From NCBI GenBank assembly GCA_041584475.1, contig JBFHDX010000001.1:820-64819 (forward strand): a stretch of DNA of 64,000 nucleotides. Direction: 5' to 3'. The position numbers and the translations under genes are program-made. The stretch is from Alphaproteobacteria bacterium (lineage in GTDB: Bacteria > Pseudomonadota > Alphaproteobacteria > UBA8366 > JADFVY01). Below, one piece after another: positions 31,536-40,904 of the stretch (positions are counted from its first letter, which is position 1; every line of letters starts with the position of its first letter). The notes under the pieces were generated by a model that was not told where the DNA came from, made no database searches, and saw nothing but the letters and a program-made list of their open reading frames with translations.

Positions 31536-32051
31536 TTATTTGATGCGCAATTCGACCAGCTGCCAGATCATCCGTTCAGCTCGTTCGCCCGCCGGCATTT
31601 TCGCCTCTTCGGGATAGATAACCCAGATCGGTCCCTTGTTGCGGAGCGTCAAGTCCTCGCCGGCAATCCGCATGGCAAGCAACACGCCGTGCTTCGCGAA
31701 GTCCGTAACGGGAATCGTCACATGGTAATCGTTCGCGGCGAGGGCGACAATCGTGTCCCCGCGCGCCCCGACCATCTCCATCACGCGTGCCGCCTCGACA
31801 CCCTCGAAGACGGTGTCCTGCTCGTGCCAGGGTGTCCGCGTGACGATTTCGGTCCAGCCGATTCCGGCGAGCAACTCGCGGTCGAAATGCGCTTCGCCGT
31901 TGACGTTGGTGTTGCGGATCGCCCCCTTTATGACCAGCAGTACCTCACCCTTCGGGTCCGGAAGCGCCCCGGCAGCGACGGGAAGGGCGGTCGCAAGTAC
32001 AACGGCCAACACCAGCAGCATGGTGGTGCCGATCTGCGTCGCGGATTTCAT
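31536..32051 (-). CDS. small periplasmic molybdopterin-oxidoreductase-like protein, copy 2
   Basis: The internal Met (MKSATQIGTTMLLVLAVVLATALPVAAG) of ORF 31536..32207 gives VLLVIKGAIRNTN...TRTPWHEQDTVFEGV...LAANDYHVTIPVTDF...LAMRIAGEDLTLRNKGPIWVIYP. Its stop is 14 nt upstream of HK copy 2. Confidence 0.55.
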   Translation of the reverse strand: MKSATQIGTTMLLVLAVVLATALPVAAGALPDPKGEVLLVIKGAIRNTNVNGEAHFDRELLAGIGWTEIVTRTPWHEQDTVFEGVEAARVMEMVGARGDTIVALAANDYHVTIPVTDFAKHGVLLAMRIAGEDLTLRNKGPIWVIYPEEAKMPAGERAERMIWQLVELRIK

Positions 32052-32215
32052 CTCGTGTCCCCTCTGGTGACCGACCGACAGGTGTTCAGATCGTCCAAAA
32101 AATCCGGGTTCGGTCGTATTTCTCGCACGGAAACGGTGAACGAAGAGTAACCGTCCGTCGGTACGGGTCAAGCACCGGTTGCATTTGTCGACGGATCTGC
32201 CAGTCAACGAGTCCG

Positions 32216-32995
32216 TTACCGTCCCTTCCAGACGGGCTCCCGGTTCTCGGCGAAGGCGCGCGCCCCCTCTTTCTGGTCCTCGCTGGAATAGAGCCGGTCC
32301 ACGGTTCGGAATTTGCGGCGGGTGACCATGTCGATCGCTTCCTGGAAGGTCTTTCCCTCGCTCTCCCGTGCGACCTCCTTGATGGCGGCGAACACGAGCG
32401 GCGGCCCGGACGCCAACAGATCGGCGACTTCGCGCGACCGGTCGAGCAGCCGGTCGGGCGGCACGACCTCGTTGACCAGGCCCCAGCGCTGGGCTTCATC
32501 GACCTCCATCCAGCGCCCGGTGAACAGCAGATCCATGGCCACATGATACGGAATCCGGCGCGGCAGCCTGATCGTCGCGGCGTCGGCCAGGGTCCCCGCA
32601 CGGATCTCTGGCAGCGCGAAACGGGCCGCATCACTGGCGAGAATGAGGTCGCACGCGAGCGCTATCTCGAACCCGCCACCGACCGCCAGTCCGTTCACCG
32701 CCGCTATCACCGGCTTGTTGAGGTCGCGCAATTCCTGCAGACCACCGAATCCGCCGAGGCCGTAATCGGCATCCGGGGGCTCACCCTGTGCCGCAGCCTT
32801 GAGGTCCCAGCCGGCCGAGAAGAACCGGCCGCTGCCGGTCACGATGGCGACGCGCAGGGCCGGGTCGTCACGGAACGCCGCGAACAGCTCGCCCATCCGA
32901 CGGCTCGTCGCGGCATCGATAGCGTTCGCTTTCGGCCGGTCGATACGCACTTCGAGAACGGCGCCGCGCCGGTCTATATGCAGCGGTTCGGTCAT
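32216..32995 (-). CDS. caiD: carnitinyl-CoA dehydratase / crotonobetainyl-CoA hydratase (crotonase family)
   Basis: It is collinear with E. coli CaiD as I remember it: DRPKANAIDA.TS..MGE.F..FRDDP.LRVAI.TG.G.FFSAGWDLKAAA.GE.PDAD...KPVIAAVNG.A.GGGFE.ALA...SED..EG..AF.E.R.PVWKGR. Confidence 0.8.
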   Translation of the reverse strand: MTEPLHIDRRGAVLEVRIDRPKANAIDAATSRRMGELFAAFRDDPALRVAIVTGSGRFFSAGWDLKAAAQGEPPDADYGLGGFGGLQELRDLNKPVIAAVNGLAVGGGFEIALACDLILASDAARFALPEIRAGTLADAATIRLPRRIPYHVAMDLLFTGRWMEVDEAQRWGLVNEVVPPDRLLDRSREVADLLASGPPLVFAAIKEVARESEGKTFQEAIDMVTRRKFRTVDRLYSSEDQKEGARAFAENREPVWKGR

Positions 32996-33008
32996 TCCTG
33001 CCTCCCTG

Positions 33009-35096
33009 TCATGCGGGTCGCGCCAGACGGATCAAGGCGTCGGCGGCGACGGCGCCGAACCCTTCCGGGCGGACGATCAGCGGGTTTACGTCGAGTTCGA
33101 GCAGCGTGTCGGCGTGATCCGCCGCGAAGGAGGTGACCGCGAGTATCGCGTCGACCGCCGCCTCGACGTCGGCAACGGGCAGGCCGCGATAGCCCGATAG
33201 CAGCGGCGCCGTCTTGAGCGATTTGAGGGCGGCGAAAACTTTGTCGCGGCTTACGGGCAAGAGCAGCGTCACGCTGTCGTTGATCAGTTCGACGAGGACA
33301 CCGCCGAAACCGATGACGAGATACGGGCCGAACTGCTCATCTCGATCGATGCCGATAATGAGCTCGGCGACGCCGTCGTCGACCATCTTCTCGACGAGGA
33401 GGCGGTCGGAGAGGCGTGCCATGTTCTCGGCCGCTGCGCGGACCGACGCCGCGTCGATCAGATTGAGCGCGACGGCGCCGTGTTCGGTCTTGTGCACCAT
33501 GTCGACCGAAATCGCCTTTACCGCCACGGGGTAGCCCAGATCCCCCGCCACGGCGACCGCGTCGTCCGGCGACGCCACCAACGCGGCCTCCGGGAGCATG
33601 ACGCCGTACGCCGCCAGAAGCTGTTTGGATTCCCATTCGTCATGCACTTTCGCGCCACGCCAATCCGGAGCGCCCGGGCGGAGCAGCGGCCGCGGGTCGC
33701 CGTCCGCGAGCACGCGGCCGACACGGACCGCGGCCTCGATCGCCGCGAGCGTTTCCTGCATGCCCTGCATTGGCGCGATCCCCTGTTCGACGAGATGGCG
33801 GCGGACGTCTTCGGGCAGGCGTTCCGGCATCGTGGCGACGACGGCCGCCCGTCGGCCGGTCGATCGCGACGCATTGGCGACGGCGTTGACGGTCAGCCAC
33901 CAGCCGTCCGCGCGGCAGCGGTCGAGCCGCGGAAAATCGACGACGAACAGCGAGAGATCGTAGCCGCCGCGCATCATTGCTGCGAAGGTTGCAGTCTGGG
34001 CCTCCTCGTCGCCCCAGATGAAGGTGTGATAGTCGAGCGGGTTCGAGATGTGGACGAGCTCGTTGAGCGTGCCGGCGACCGCCGTTCGGTGCTCGTCCGT
34101 CATCGGCGGGAACAGGACATCGCGCCCGTCCGCCAAGTCCGCCATCAGCGAGGCTTCTCCTCCGGAACAGCTGACGCAGCAGAGCCGGTTGCCGGACAGC
34201 GGCCCCGTCACCGCCAGCAACTTGAGTGCCTCGAGCAATTCAGGCACCGAATGCACCTGCGCCACGCCCAGGCGATCGAAAAGCGAATCGTAAAGCCCGC
34301 CGGGACCGGCGAGGGAGGCCGTGTGGCTGAGCGCGATCGTCGCGCCCGTCTCGGACCGGCCCGTCTTGAGGGCGACGACCGGCAATCCCCGGCCGCGGGC
34401 CTTGCCGATCGCCCGCTCGAAGCTTGCCAGATCGCGCAATCCCTCGATATGCAGCCCGATGGCGGTCACCCGATCGTCGTCGGCAAGCGCATCGACACAT
34501 TCGTGGATCCCGACCGCCGCCTGGTTGCCGAGCGTCACGAGATAGGCGAGCGGCAACGTGCGCTGCTGCATCGACAGGTTGATCGCGATGTTGCCGCTCT
34601 GCGTGACGATGGCGACGCCGCGCTCGACGCGCTCGCCGCCATGCTGGTCGGGCCAGAGCGCCGCACCGTCGAGGTAGTTGATGAAGCCGTGGCAATTGGG
34701 TCCGACGACCGGCATGGTGCCCGCCGCGGCGACGAGCCTTTGCTGGCGCTCGTGCCCGGCCCCGCCGCCGCCCGACTCGCTGAACCCGGACGCGTAGCAG
34801 ACGGCGCCGCCCGCCGCCATCTCGGCGAGCATGCCGACGGCCTCGATCGTCGGCTCGGCCGGAATCGCGATGAACGCGGCGTCCGGCGCGTCCGGCAGAT
34901 CCTCGAGCCGGCCGAAGCAATCCCTGCCGGCGATCGCCTCGCGCTTGTGACTGACCGGCCAGATTGCCCCGGAGAAGCCCAGCTTGTCGCACTGGTGGGC
35001 GACTTCGGCCGCCTCGCGTCCGCCGATCACCGCGATCGATCGCGGCCGGAGCAAACGGGCCAGCCGGCCGGCCGAACGGGGCGGCGACGACGTCAT
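33009..35096 (-). CDS. ADP-forming acyl-CoA synthetase family protein (CoA-binding + ATP-grasp)
   Basis: The real gene is the C-terminal 695 codons of track ORF 33009..36311, starting [26 protein letters not shown]. It has a CoA-binding Rossmann fold, a succinyl-CoA-synthetase-like middle and an ATP-grasp C-terminus. Its ATG overlaps the upstream ACAD stop by 1 nt. Confidence 0.8.
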   Translation of the reverse strand: MTSSPPRSAGRLARLLRPRSIAVIGGREAAEVAHQCDKLGFSGAIWPVSHKREAIAGRDCFGRLEDLPDAPDAAFIAIPAEPTIEAVGMLAEMAAGGAVCYASGFSESGGGGAGHERQQRLVAAAGTMPVVGPNCHGFINYLDGAALWPDQHGGERVERGVAIVTQSGNIAINLSMQQRTLPLAYLVTLGNQAAVGIHECVDALADDDRVTAIGLHIEGLRDLASFERAIGKARGRGLPVVALKTGRSETGATIALSHTASLAGPGGLYDSLFDRLGVAQVHSVPELLEALKLLAVTGPLSGNRLCCVSCSGGEASLMADLADGRDVLFPPMTDEHRTAVAGTLNELVHISNPLDYHTFIWGDEEAQTATFAAMMRGGYDLSLFVVDFPRLDRCRADGWWLTVNAVANASRSTGRRAAVVATMPERLPEDVRRHLVEQGIAPMQGMQETLAAIEAAVRVGRVLADGDPRPLLRPGAPDWRGAKVHDEWESKQLLAAYGVMLPEAALVASPDDAVAVAGDLGYPVAVKAISVDMVHKTEHGAVALNLIDAASVRAAAENMARLSDRLLVEKMVDDGVAELIIGIDRDEQFGPYLVIGFGGVLVELINDSVTLLLPVSRDKVFAALKSLKTAPLLSGYRGLPVADVEAAVDAILAVTSFAADHADTLLELDVNPLIVRPEGFGAVAADALIRLARPA

Positions 35097-36277
35097 CAGC
35101 CCCCCAGCGGCCGCAATACGGCGCGCGCGATGATGTGGCGCTGGATCTCCGAGGTCCCGTCCCAGATCCGTTCGACCCGGGCGTCGCGCCAGAATCGCTC
35201 GAGCGGCAAATCGTCCATCAGACCCATGCCGCCGTGGATCTGGATCGCCTCGTCGGTCACCCGGGCCAGCATCTCGGACGCGAACAACTTGGCCGAAGCG
35301 ATCTCCCGAGTGGCATCGAGGCCCCGATCGAGCCGCCAGGCCGAGGCGAGCGTCAGCCAGTCCGCGGCGTCGATCTCGGTGATCATGTCGGCGAGCTTGA
35401 AACCGACGCCCTGGAACTTGCCGATCGCCTGGCCGAACTGCTTGCGATTGGCGGACCAGTCGGCGGCGATATCGAATACGCGCCGCGCCCGGCCGACGCA
35501 CATCGCCGCCACCGTGATGCGGGTCGCGTAAAGCCACTCGTTTGCGACCTCGAAGCCACGGCCCTCCTCGCCGAGGATCTGCGAGGCCGGCAGCCGGCAA
35601 TCGTCGAACACGAGGACGCAGTTCTGATAGCCGCGGTGCGACACCGACTTGTATCCCGGCCGGATCTCGAAGCCGGGCGTATCCCGGTCGACGAGAAAGC
35701 AGGTGATCCGTTTCTTGGGTCCCCGGGACGTATCCTCCTCGCCGGTGGCGACGAAGGTGATGACGAAGTCCGCGATGTCGGCGTGGCTGATGAAATGCTT
35801 GGTGCCGTTGATCACCCAGTCGTCGCCGTGACGCCGGGCGAACGTCTTCATGCCGCGCACGTCGGAGCCGGCGTCGGGCTCGGTCATCGCCAGCGCATCC
35901 ATGCGTTCGCCCTTGACGCTGGGGATCAGGTAGCGCTTGCGCTGCTCGGGCGTGCAGGCGCAGAGGATGTTCGACGGCCGGCCCCACCAGTGGTTCAGGG
36001 CCATCGACGTGCGGCCGAGCTCGCGCTCGAGCAGCGCGAACGTCAGGTGGTCGAGCCCGCCGCCGCCATACTCCGCGGGGATGTTGGGGGCATAGAAGCC
36101 GAGTTCCAGCACCTTGCGCTGGATCTCGCGGCCGATTTCCGCGGACACGCGGCCACTGCGCTCGACCTCGGCCTCGAGCGGGTAGAGCTCGTTCTCGACG
36201 AAGCTCCGCACGGTGTCGACCAGCATGCTCTGCTCGTCGGTCAATCCGAAATCCATGACCGCGATCTCCCGGCTCAT
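35096..36277 (-). CDS. acyl-CoA dehydrogenase
   Basis: MDFGLTDEQ...[10 protein letters not shown]...INGTKHFIS...[11 protein letters not shown]...IHGGMG...[10 protein letters not shown]. The start at 36277 makes an ATGA overlap with the upstream gene's stop. Confidence 0.85.
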   Translation of the reverse strand: MSREIAVMDFGLTDEQSMLVDTVRSFVENELYPLEAEVERSGRVSAEIGREIQRKVLELGFYAPNIPAEYGGGGLDHLTFALLERELGRTSMALNHWWGRPSNILCACTPEQRKRYLIPSVKGERMDALAMTEPDAGSDVRGMKTFARRHGDDWVINGTKHFISHADIADFVITFVATGEEDTSRGPKKRITCFLVDRDTPGFEIRPGYKSVSHRGYQNCVLVFDDCRLPASQILGEEGRGFEVANEWLYATRITVAAMCVGRARRVFDIAADWSANRKQFGQAIGKFQGVGFKLADMITEIDAADWLTLASAWRLDRGLDATREIASAKLFASEMLARVTDEAIQIHGGMGLMDDLPLERFWRDARVERIWDGTSEIQRHIIARAVLRPLGG

Positions 36278-37272
36278 CCAGCGCCCGCGCGCCGGGCCTC
36301 GTCTTCGGCAAGCACGGCGCCGGCGCCGATCTCGTACTTGCGCAGCGCCCGCATGATATCGATCAGACAGTTGTCGCGCAGGCGTTCGAGCTGCTTGACC
36401 GATCGGCCCCCGGCCTGCGCCTGCGTGCCCTCGACCATGCGGTCGACGAGCGTTGCCGTCAGCTTCGGCGCCACGAGCCGCGTCCACGGCAGTTCGAGTG
36501 CGGGTCCGAACTGTTCGAGCATGTGGCGCATGCCGGCATCGCCGCCCGCCATGTGAAAGATCAGGTTCGTGCCCATGAAGGCCCAGCGCAGGCCGGGACC
36601 GAAGCGGATCGCGTCGTCGAGTTCCCCCGTCGTGGCCACGCCGTCATTCACCAGATGCAGGATCTCCCGCCACACCGCTTCCTGAAGGCGGTCGGACAGG
36701 TAACCCTCGATCTCCGTGCGGACGTGCAGCGGATGCATGCCGATGGCCCGATAGAACGCCGCTGCCCGCTGGATCGTCTCCGGTTCCGTGGCCTGGCCGC
36801 CTACGAGTTCGACCAGCGGCAGCAGATAGACCGGGTTGAACGGGTGGCCAATCAGTATGCGGCCCGGCCTGCGGCAGTCCGACTGTATCCGTGTCGGCAG
36901 AAGGCCCGACGACGACGAGGCAACGATCGCCTCTGGTCGCGCGGCGGCGTCGATTTGCGCGTGCAGGCGCCGCTTCAGATCCTCGCGCTCCGGGGCGCTC
37001 TCCTGAACGAAATCGGCGTCCGCGACGGCCTCCTCGACGCTGTCGACGAAGCGCAGCGTGCCCGCGGCGACGTCGGTCGCACCATACAGGGCGGTCACGG
37101 CCGGCCAGGCATTCTCGATCGCGGCGCGCAGCTTCGCTTCCGCGGCTTCGCCGGGGTCGCTGGCGACGACGTCGAGCCCGCGCGCCATGCAACGTGTCGC
37201 CCATCCGGCCCCGATCACACCGGTGCCGACGATCGCCACCCGGCGCACGCCGGCCAGTTCGCTGTCGCCCAT
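36274..37272 (-). CDS. lcdH: L-carnitine 3-dehydrogenase (3-hydroxyacyl-CoA dehydrogenase-fold)
   Basis: [14 protein letters not shown]...ESAPERE.LK...[18 protein letters not shown] and the C-terminal [23 protein letters not shown] block are characteristic of carnitine dehydrogenases. Adjacency to a BKACE gene supports the call. Confidence 0.75.
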   Translation of the reverse strand: MGDSELAGVRRVAIVGTGVIGAGWATRCMARGLDVVASDPGEAAEAKLRAAIENAWPAVTALYGATDVAAGTLRFVDSVEEAVADADFVQESAPEREDLKRRLHAQIDAAARPEAIVASSSSGLLPTRIQSDCRRPGRILIGHPFNPVYLLPLVELVGGQATEPETIQRAAAFYRAIGMHPLHVRTEIEGYLSDRLQEAVWREILHLVNDGVATTGELDDAIRFGPGLRWAFMGTNLIFHMAGGDAGMRHMLEQFGPALELPWTRLVAPKLTATLVDRMVEGTQAQAGGRSVKQLERLRDNCLIDIMRALRKYEIGAGAVLAEDEARRAGAG

Positions 37273-37293
37273 GGCGCGGCTCCTCTCCGTCGT

Positions 37294-38175
37294 CTAGTTG
37301 CGCGGCCGCAGGCCGAGTTTGTCGCGAGCTTCGGCCGGCGTCAGCGTCCGGCCGCCGAGCAGGCGAATGATCTGGCACGCCCGCTCGGTCAGCTGCGCGT
37401 TGGTCGCATACACGCCCTTGTCCAGGTAAAGATTGTCCTCGAGGCCGACGCGCGCGTTGCCGCCAAGGATCGCCGCCTGCGCCACCATCGGCATCTGCGC
37501 GCGGCCGATTCCGAAGGCCGCCCAGTTCGCCCCGGCCGGCAGCTGGTCGCGCATGATCCGCATGGTGTCCGGATCGGCAGGTGCCGCCCACGGTATGCCG
37601 AGGCAAATCTGGTAGAGCGGCGGCTCGTCGACGAGGCCCTCCTCGAGCAGCCGGTTGGCAAATCTGAGATGTCCCATCTCGAACACCTCGAGCTCCGGCT
37701 TGACGCCGAGTTCCTGGATCCGCGCCGCCATCTCGCGCAGCATCGCCGGCGTGCTGATGTAAAGGCTGTCGCCGAAATTCAGCGAGCCGCAGTCGAGCGA
37801 GCATATCTCCGGCCGGATCGCTTCGACGTGGGCCAGCCGCTCGCGCGCATTTACCAGGTCCGTGCCCTCGACGCCCCTGGTCGGATCGTCGCGATCGGGG
37901 ACGTAGTCGCCGCCCATTCCAGCTGTCAGGTTGATCACGACGTCCGTGTCCGAGGCGCGGATCCGGTCGACGACCTCCTCGTAGAGCTCGACGCGGCGGC
38001 TTGGCCTGCCGGTGTCGGGTTCGCGCACGTGGATGTGGGCGATGGCGGCCCCGGCCCGTGCCGCAGAGATCGCCGCGTCGGCGATCTGCTCGGGTGTGAC
38101 CGGAATGTCCGGGTGCTTGCCCACGGTATCGCCCGAGCCGGTAACGGCGCAGCTGACGATGACGTCGGTGTTCAT
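37294..38175 (-). CDS. BKACE-family (DUF849) beta-keto acid cleavage enzyme, probable 3-dehydrocarnitine cleavage enzyme
   Basis: The internal Met is preceded by GGAGGAGGAG. The protein reads [44 protein letters not shown]...INLTAG. The TIM-barrel BKACE signature is present. Confidence 0.8.
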   Translation of the reverse strand: MNTDVIVSCAVTGSGDTVGKHPDIPVTPEQIADAAISAARAGAAIAHIHVREPDTGRPSRRVELYEEVVDRIRASDTDVVINLTAGMGGDYVPDRDDPTRGVEGTDLVNARERLAHVEAIRPEICSLDCGSLNFGDSLYISTPAMLREMAARIQELGVKPELEVFEMGHLRFANRLLEEGLVDEPPLYQICLGIPWAAPADPDTMRIMRDQLPAGANWAAFGIGRAQMPMVAQAAILGGNARVGLEDNLYLDKGVYATNAQLTERACQIIRLLGGRTLTPAEARDKLGLRPRN

Positions 38176-38447
38176 CGCGTTCTCCTCCTCCCCGTCGGCG
38201 CGCATTGCTGCGCGTGGGGGACCATCTCGGCCGCAAATCGAGTCGCCGATCGATCCCTCGCGACACTGGGTTGATTCTTTCGCACTCGCGGGACGCTGTA
38301 AATGGCGGATGCTCCCGCACGCTTCCGATCGCGGCCACAGCACCGAGCAACCGACGGTGATGCCCGATCGAGGCGCCGATCGTCGCAATACCCATGCCCG
38401 ACGATTCGACGCATGACAACGCGGCGATATCGGCTAGGGTTGCGACG

Positions 38448-38936
38448 ATGCCGATCGATGCTCCGCTGCACCTGCACGGCGCCACCGTGCTGCCCGAGTG
38501 GGTCGACTACAACGGGCACATGAACGAGGCCTACTACGTCCTCGTCTTCAGCAACGCCACCGATGCGTTCATGGACCTCGCCGGCATGGACGCGGCCTAT
38601 CGCGCGGCGGCCAATGCCTCGGTCTATACGCTCGAGACGCACGTGCTCTACCTGCGCGAGGCGAAGGAGGGCGAGGCGTTGCGCGTCGACACGCAGCTGC
38701 TCGGGTTCGACTCCAGGCGCTTCCGGCTGTTCCATACGCTGTACCACGCCGCAGACGGAGCGCGGCTGGCAACCGGCGAGCACATGCTTCTGCACGTCGA
38801 CATGGGTGGCCCGCGCGCCGCCCCGTTCCCGCCCGCGATCGCCCAGCGCCTGGCGGCCATTGCCGAGTCGCACGCAAGCCTGCCGACGCCCGAGGAGGCC
38901 GGCCGCGCGATCACGCTGTCGCGGTCCGGTGGATGA
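38448..38936 (+). CDS. hotdog-fold acyl-CoA thioesterase (betainyl/carnitinyl-CoA thioesterase-like)
   Basis: PEWVDYNGHMNEAYYVLVFSNATDAFM...YTLETHVLYLRE resembles the thioesterase domain fused to some carnitine dehydrogenases. The start could be 38394 or 38448. Confidence 0.65.
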   Translation: MPIDAPLHLHGATVLPEWVDYNGHMNEAYYVLVFSNATDAFMDLAGMDAAYRAAANASVYTLETHVLYLREAKEGEALRVDTQLLGFDSRRFRLFHTLYHAADGARLATGEHMLLHVDMGGPRAAPFPPAIAQRLAAIAESHASLPTPEEAGRAITLSRSGG

Positions 38937-39898
38937 CGGCCTCATTCGAAGGCTTTCGCGAGCGCCTCGCGCCCGGCATCGCCGAGTATCTGGGGCGTTA
39001 TGATTCACTTTTTACACACGCCGCCGCCGGCGCCACGGTCGACGCGCAGCGCGCGATGTTCGGCGCCATGTGCAGCGCCTTCGCCCGGCCGCGGCCGCCG
39101 GGCCTGGCGGTGGACGAGGCGACGGTCGCGGCGGCTGACCACGAAATCCGCGTCCGCGCCTACCGGCCGCCGTCGCGGGATGCGCTGCCCGGCCTGCTGT
39201 ACTTCCACGGCGGCGGCTGGATGTTCGGCGACCTCGAGAGCCACGACGACATCTGCGCCGAGCTCGCCCATCGCGCCGGCGTGGCGGTGATCGCCGTCGA
39301 CTACCGGCGCGCGCCCGAGCACGCGTTTCCGGCGGCGCTCGACGACGGCTGGGCGGTGCTGCACGAAATGCACGAAAACGCCGCCGCGCAAGGTCTCGAC
39401 GCGAGCCGCATCGGCGTCTGCGGCGACAGCTCGGGCGGCACGCTCGCGGCCGCGCTGTGCCTCAGGGCGCGCGACGCCGGCGGCCCGCCGGTCAAGGCGC
39501 AGATCCTGATCTATCCGGCGCTCGGCATCGACTTCTCGCTGCCGTCCTATCGCGACAACGCGCAGGCGCCGGCGCTGACGACGGACGCCATGCGGAGCTA
39601 CTGGCGCGCCTATCTCGGCCGCGAGCCGGCCCCCGACATCGGCGCCCTGGCGGCGCCGCTGCTGGCGGCGGACGCATCCGGCCTGCCGCCGGCGCTGTTG
39701 CTGGCGTGCGAGCTGGACCCGCTGCGCGACGACTGCATTGAACAGATGCGGCGCCTGGAAGCCGGCGGTGTGCCTGCGTCTCTGCACATCGGACGCGGTC
39801 TCGTGCACGGTGCCGTGCGGGCGCGTGCGATGTCGGGGGAAGCGGCGCGGTTGTTCGACGCGGTCTGCGACGGGGCAGGGCGCCTGCTGCGGGCTTGA
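38933..39898 (+). CDS. alpha/beta hydrolase fold-3 esterase (HSL family)
   Basis: This is the internal Met of ORF 38498..39898. It has the HGGGW oxyanion motif, the GDSSGG nucleophile elbow, and DPLRD and H near the C-terminus. It makes an ATGA overlap with the thioesterase stop. Confidence 0.8.
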   Translation: MTASFEGFRERLAPGIAEYLGRYDSLFTHAAAGATVDAQRAMFGAMCSAFARPRPPGLAVDEATVAAADHEIRVRAYRPPSRDALPGLLYFHGGGWMFGDLESHDDICAELAHRAGVAVIAVDYRRAPEHAFPAALDDGWAVLHEMHENAAAQGLDASRIGVCGDSSGGTLAAALCLRARDAGGPPVKAQILIYPALGIDFSLPSYRDNAQAPALTTDAMRSYWRAYLGREPAPDIGALAAPLLAADASGLPPALLLACELDPLRDDCIEQMRRLEAGGVPASLHIGRGLVHGAVRARAMSGEAARLFDAVCDGAGRLLRA

Positions 39899-39940
39899 CC
39901 GGACGCCGCGCCTCCATAAATAACAGGAAGCGCTAATATA

Positions 39941-40816
39941 ATGGACGCACGCCCCATGACCCCTGCCGTGACCGCGTTCTTCGAGGAGGGCACGAGCACG
40001 ATGTCCTACCTCGTCGCCGACCCGACCCGGCGGCGGGCGGCGATCATCGACCCGGTTCTGCTCTATGAGCCGGACGCCGGACGCACGCGGGGCGACTTCG
40101 CCGAGCGCATCGTGGCAGCCGCGGCGGACCAGCAGCTGACCGTGGACTGGATCCTCGACACGCACCCGCACGCCGACCATCTGAGCGCCGTCGCCTGGCT
40201 CAAGGACCGGCTCGGCGCGCCGGTCGCGATCGGGGCCGGTATCGCAAGCGTGCAGGCGACCTGGCGCGAGATCTTCAACCTCGGTGATCGATTCCCGGCC
40301 GACGGCTCGCAATTCGACCGGCTGCTGGACGAGGGCGACCGGCTGCCGCTGGGCGACCTCGAGATCGAGGTGTGGCACACGCCGGGTCACACGCCCGCCT
40401 GCCTCAGCTACCGGGTCGGCGACTGCATCTTCGTCGGCGACACGCTGTTCATGCCGGACTACGGCACCGCGCGTTGCGATTTCCCGGGCGGCGACGCCCG
40501 GATGCTCTACCGTTCGATCCGCCGCATCCTCTCGCTGCCGGGCGAGACCCGCATCTTCGTCGGTCACGACTACCGGCCGGACGATCGCGAGCCGGCCTGG
40601 GAGGCCACGGTGGCGCGGCAGCGCAGCGAGAATCCGCACGTCCGGGACGGCATCGACGAGGACGCCTTCGTCGTCCTGCGCACCGAGCGCGACCGCGAGC
40701 TCGACATGCCCGAACTGATCCTGCCGTCGCTGCAGGTCAACATCCGCGGCGGCCGCCTGCCCGAGCCCGAGGACAACGGCACCGCCTATCTCAAGATCCC
40801 GCTGAACCGGTTCTGA
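39941..40816 (+). CDS. MBL-fold metallo-hydrolase (glyoxalase II / persulfide-dioxygenase-like)
   Basis: DTHPHADHLSA, HTPGHTP and GDTLF motifs are present. The exact activity cannot be inferred. Confidence 0.7.
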   Translation: MDARPMTPAVTAFFEEGTSTMSYLVADPTRRRAAIIDPVLLYEPDAGRTRGDFAERIVAAAADQQLTVDWILDTHPHADHLSAVAWLKDRLGAPVAIGAGIASVQATWREIFNLGDRFPADGSQFDRLLDEGDRLPLGDLEIEVWHTPGHTPACLSYRVGDCIFVGDTLFMPDYGTARCDFPGGDARMLYRSIRRILSLPGETRIFVGHDYRPDDREPAWEATVARQRSENPHVRDGIDEDAFVVLRTERDRELDMPELILPSLQVNIRGGRLPEPEDNGTAYLKIPLNRF

Positions 40817-40867
40817 ACCGGTGTCCCGCCGGGCTCTGGGGCCGTCTTTCACGTTTACGAGAGATAG

Positions 40868-40882
40868 TTGACGTATACGTAA
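40868..40882. promoter_or_regulatory. candidate MerR/LiuR-type operator (ACGT-rich palindrome) overlapping promoter-like hexamers
   Basis: TTGACGTATACGTAA contains the perfect 10-nt palindrome ACGTATACGT, directly upstream of the MerR gene. TTGACG at 40868-40873 and TATGCT at 40892-40897 are 18 nt apart. A further ACGT..ACG lies at 40851-40859. Confidence 0.3.
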
Positions 40883-40904
40883 TATGGGGTGTATGCTGCA
40901 CGCC

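Noticed and set aside
33009-36311. 1100-aa ORF that looks like a giant fusion protein.
   Set aside because: Only the C-terminal 695 codons (from ATG 35096) encode the ADP-forming CoA ligase. The N-terminal about 405 codons are an out-of-frame read across the acyl-CoA dehydrogenase gene (35096..36277), which has the convincing motifs.
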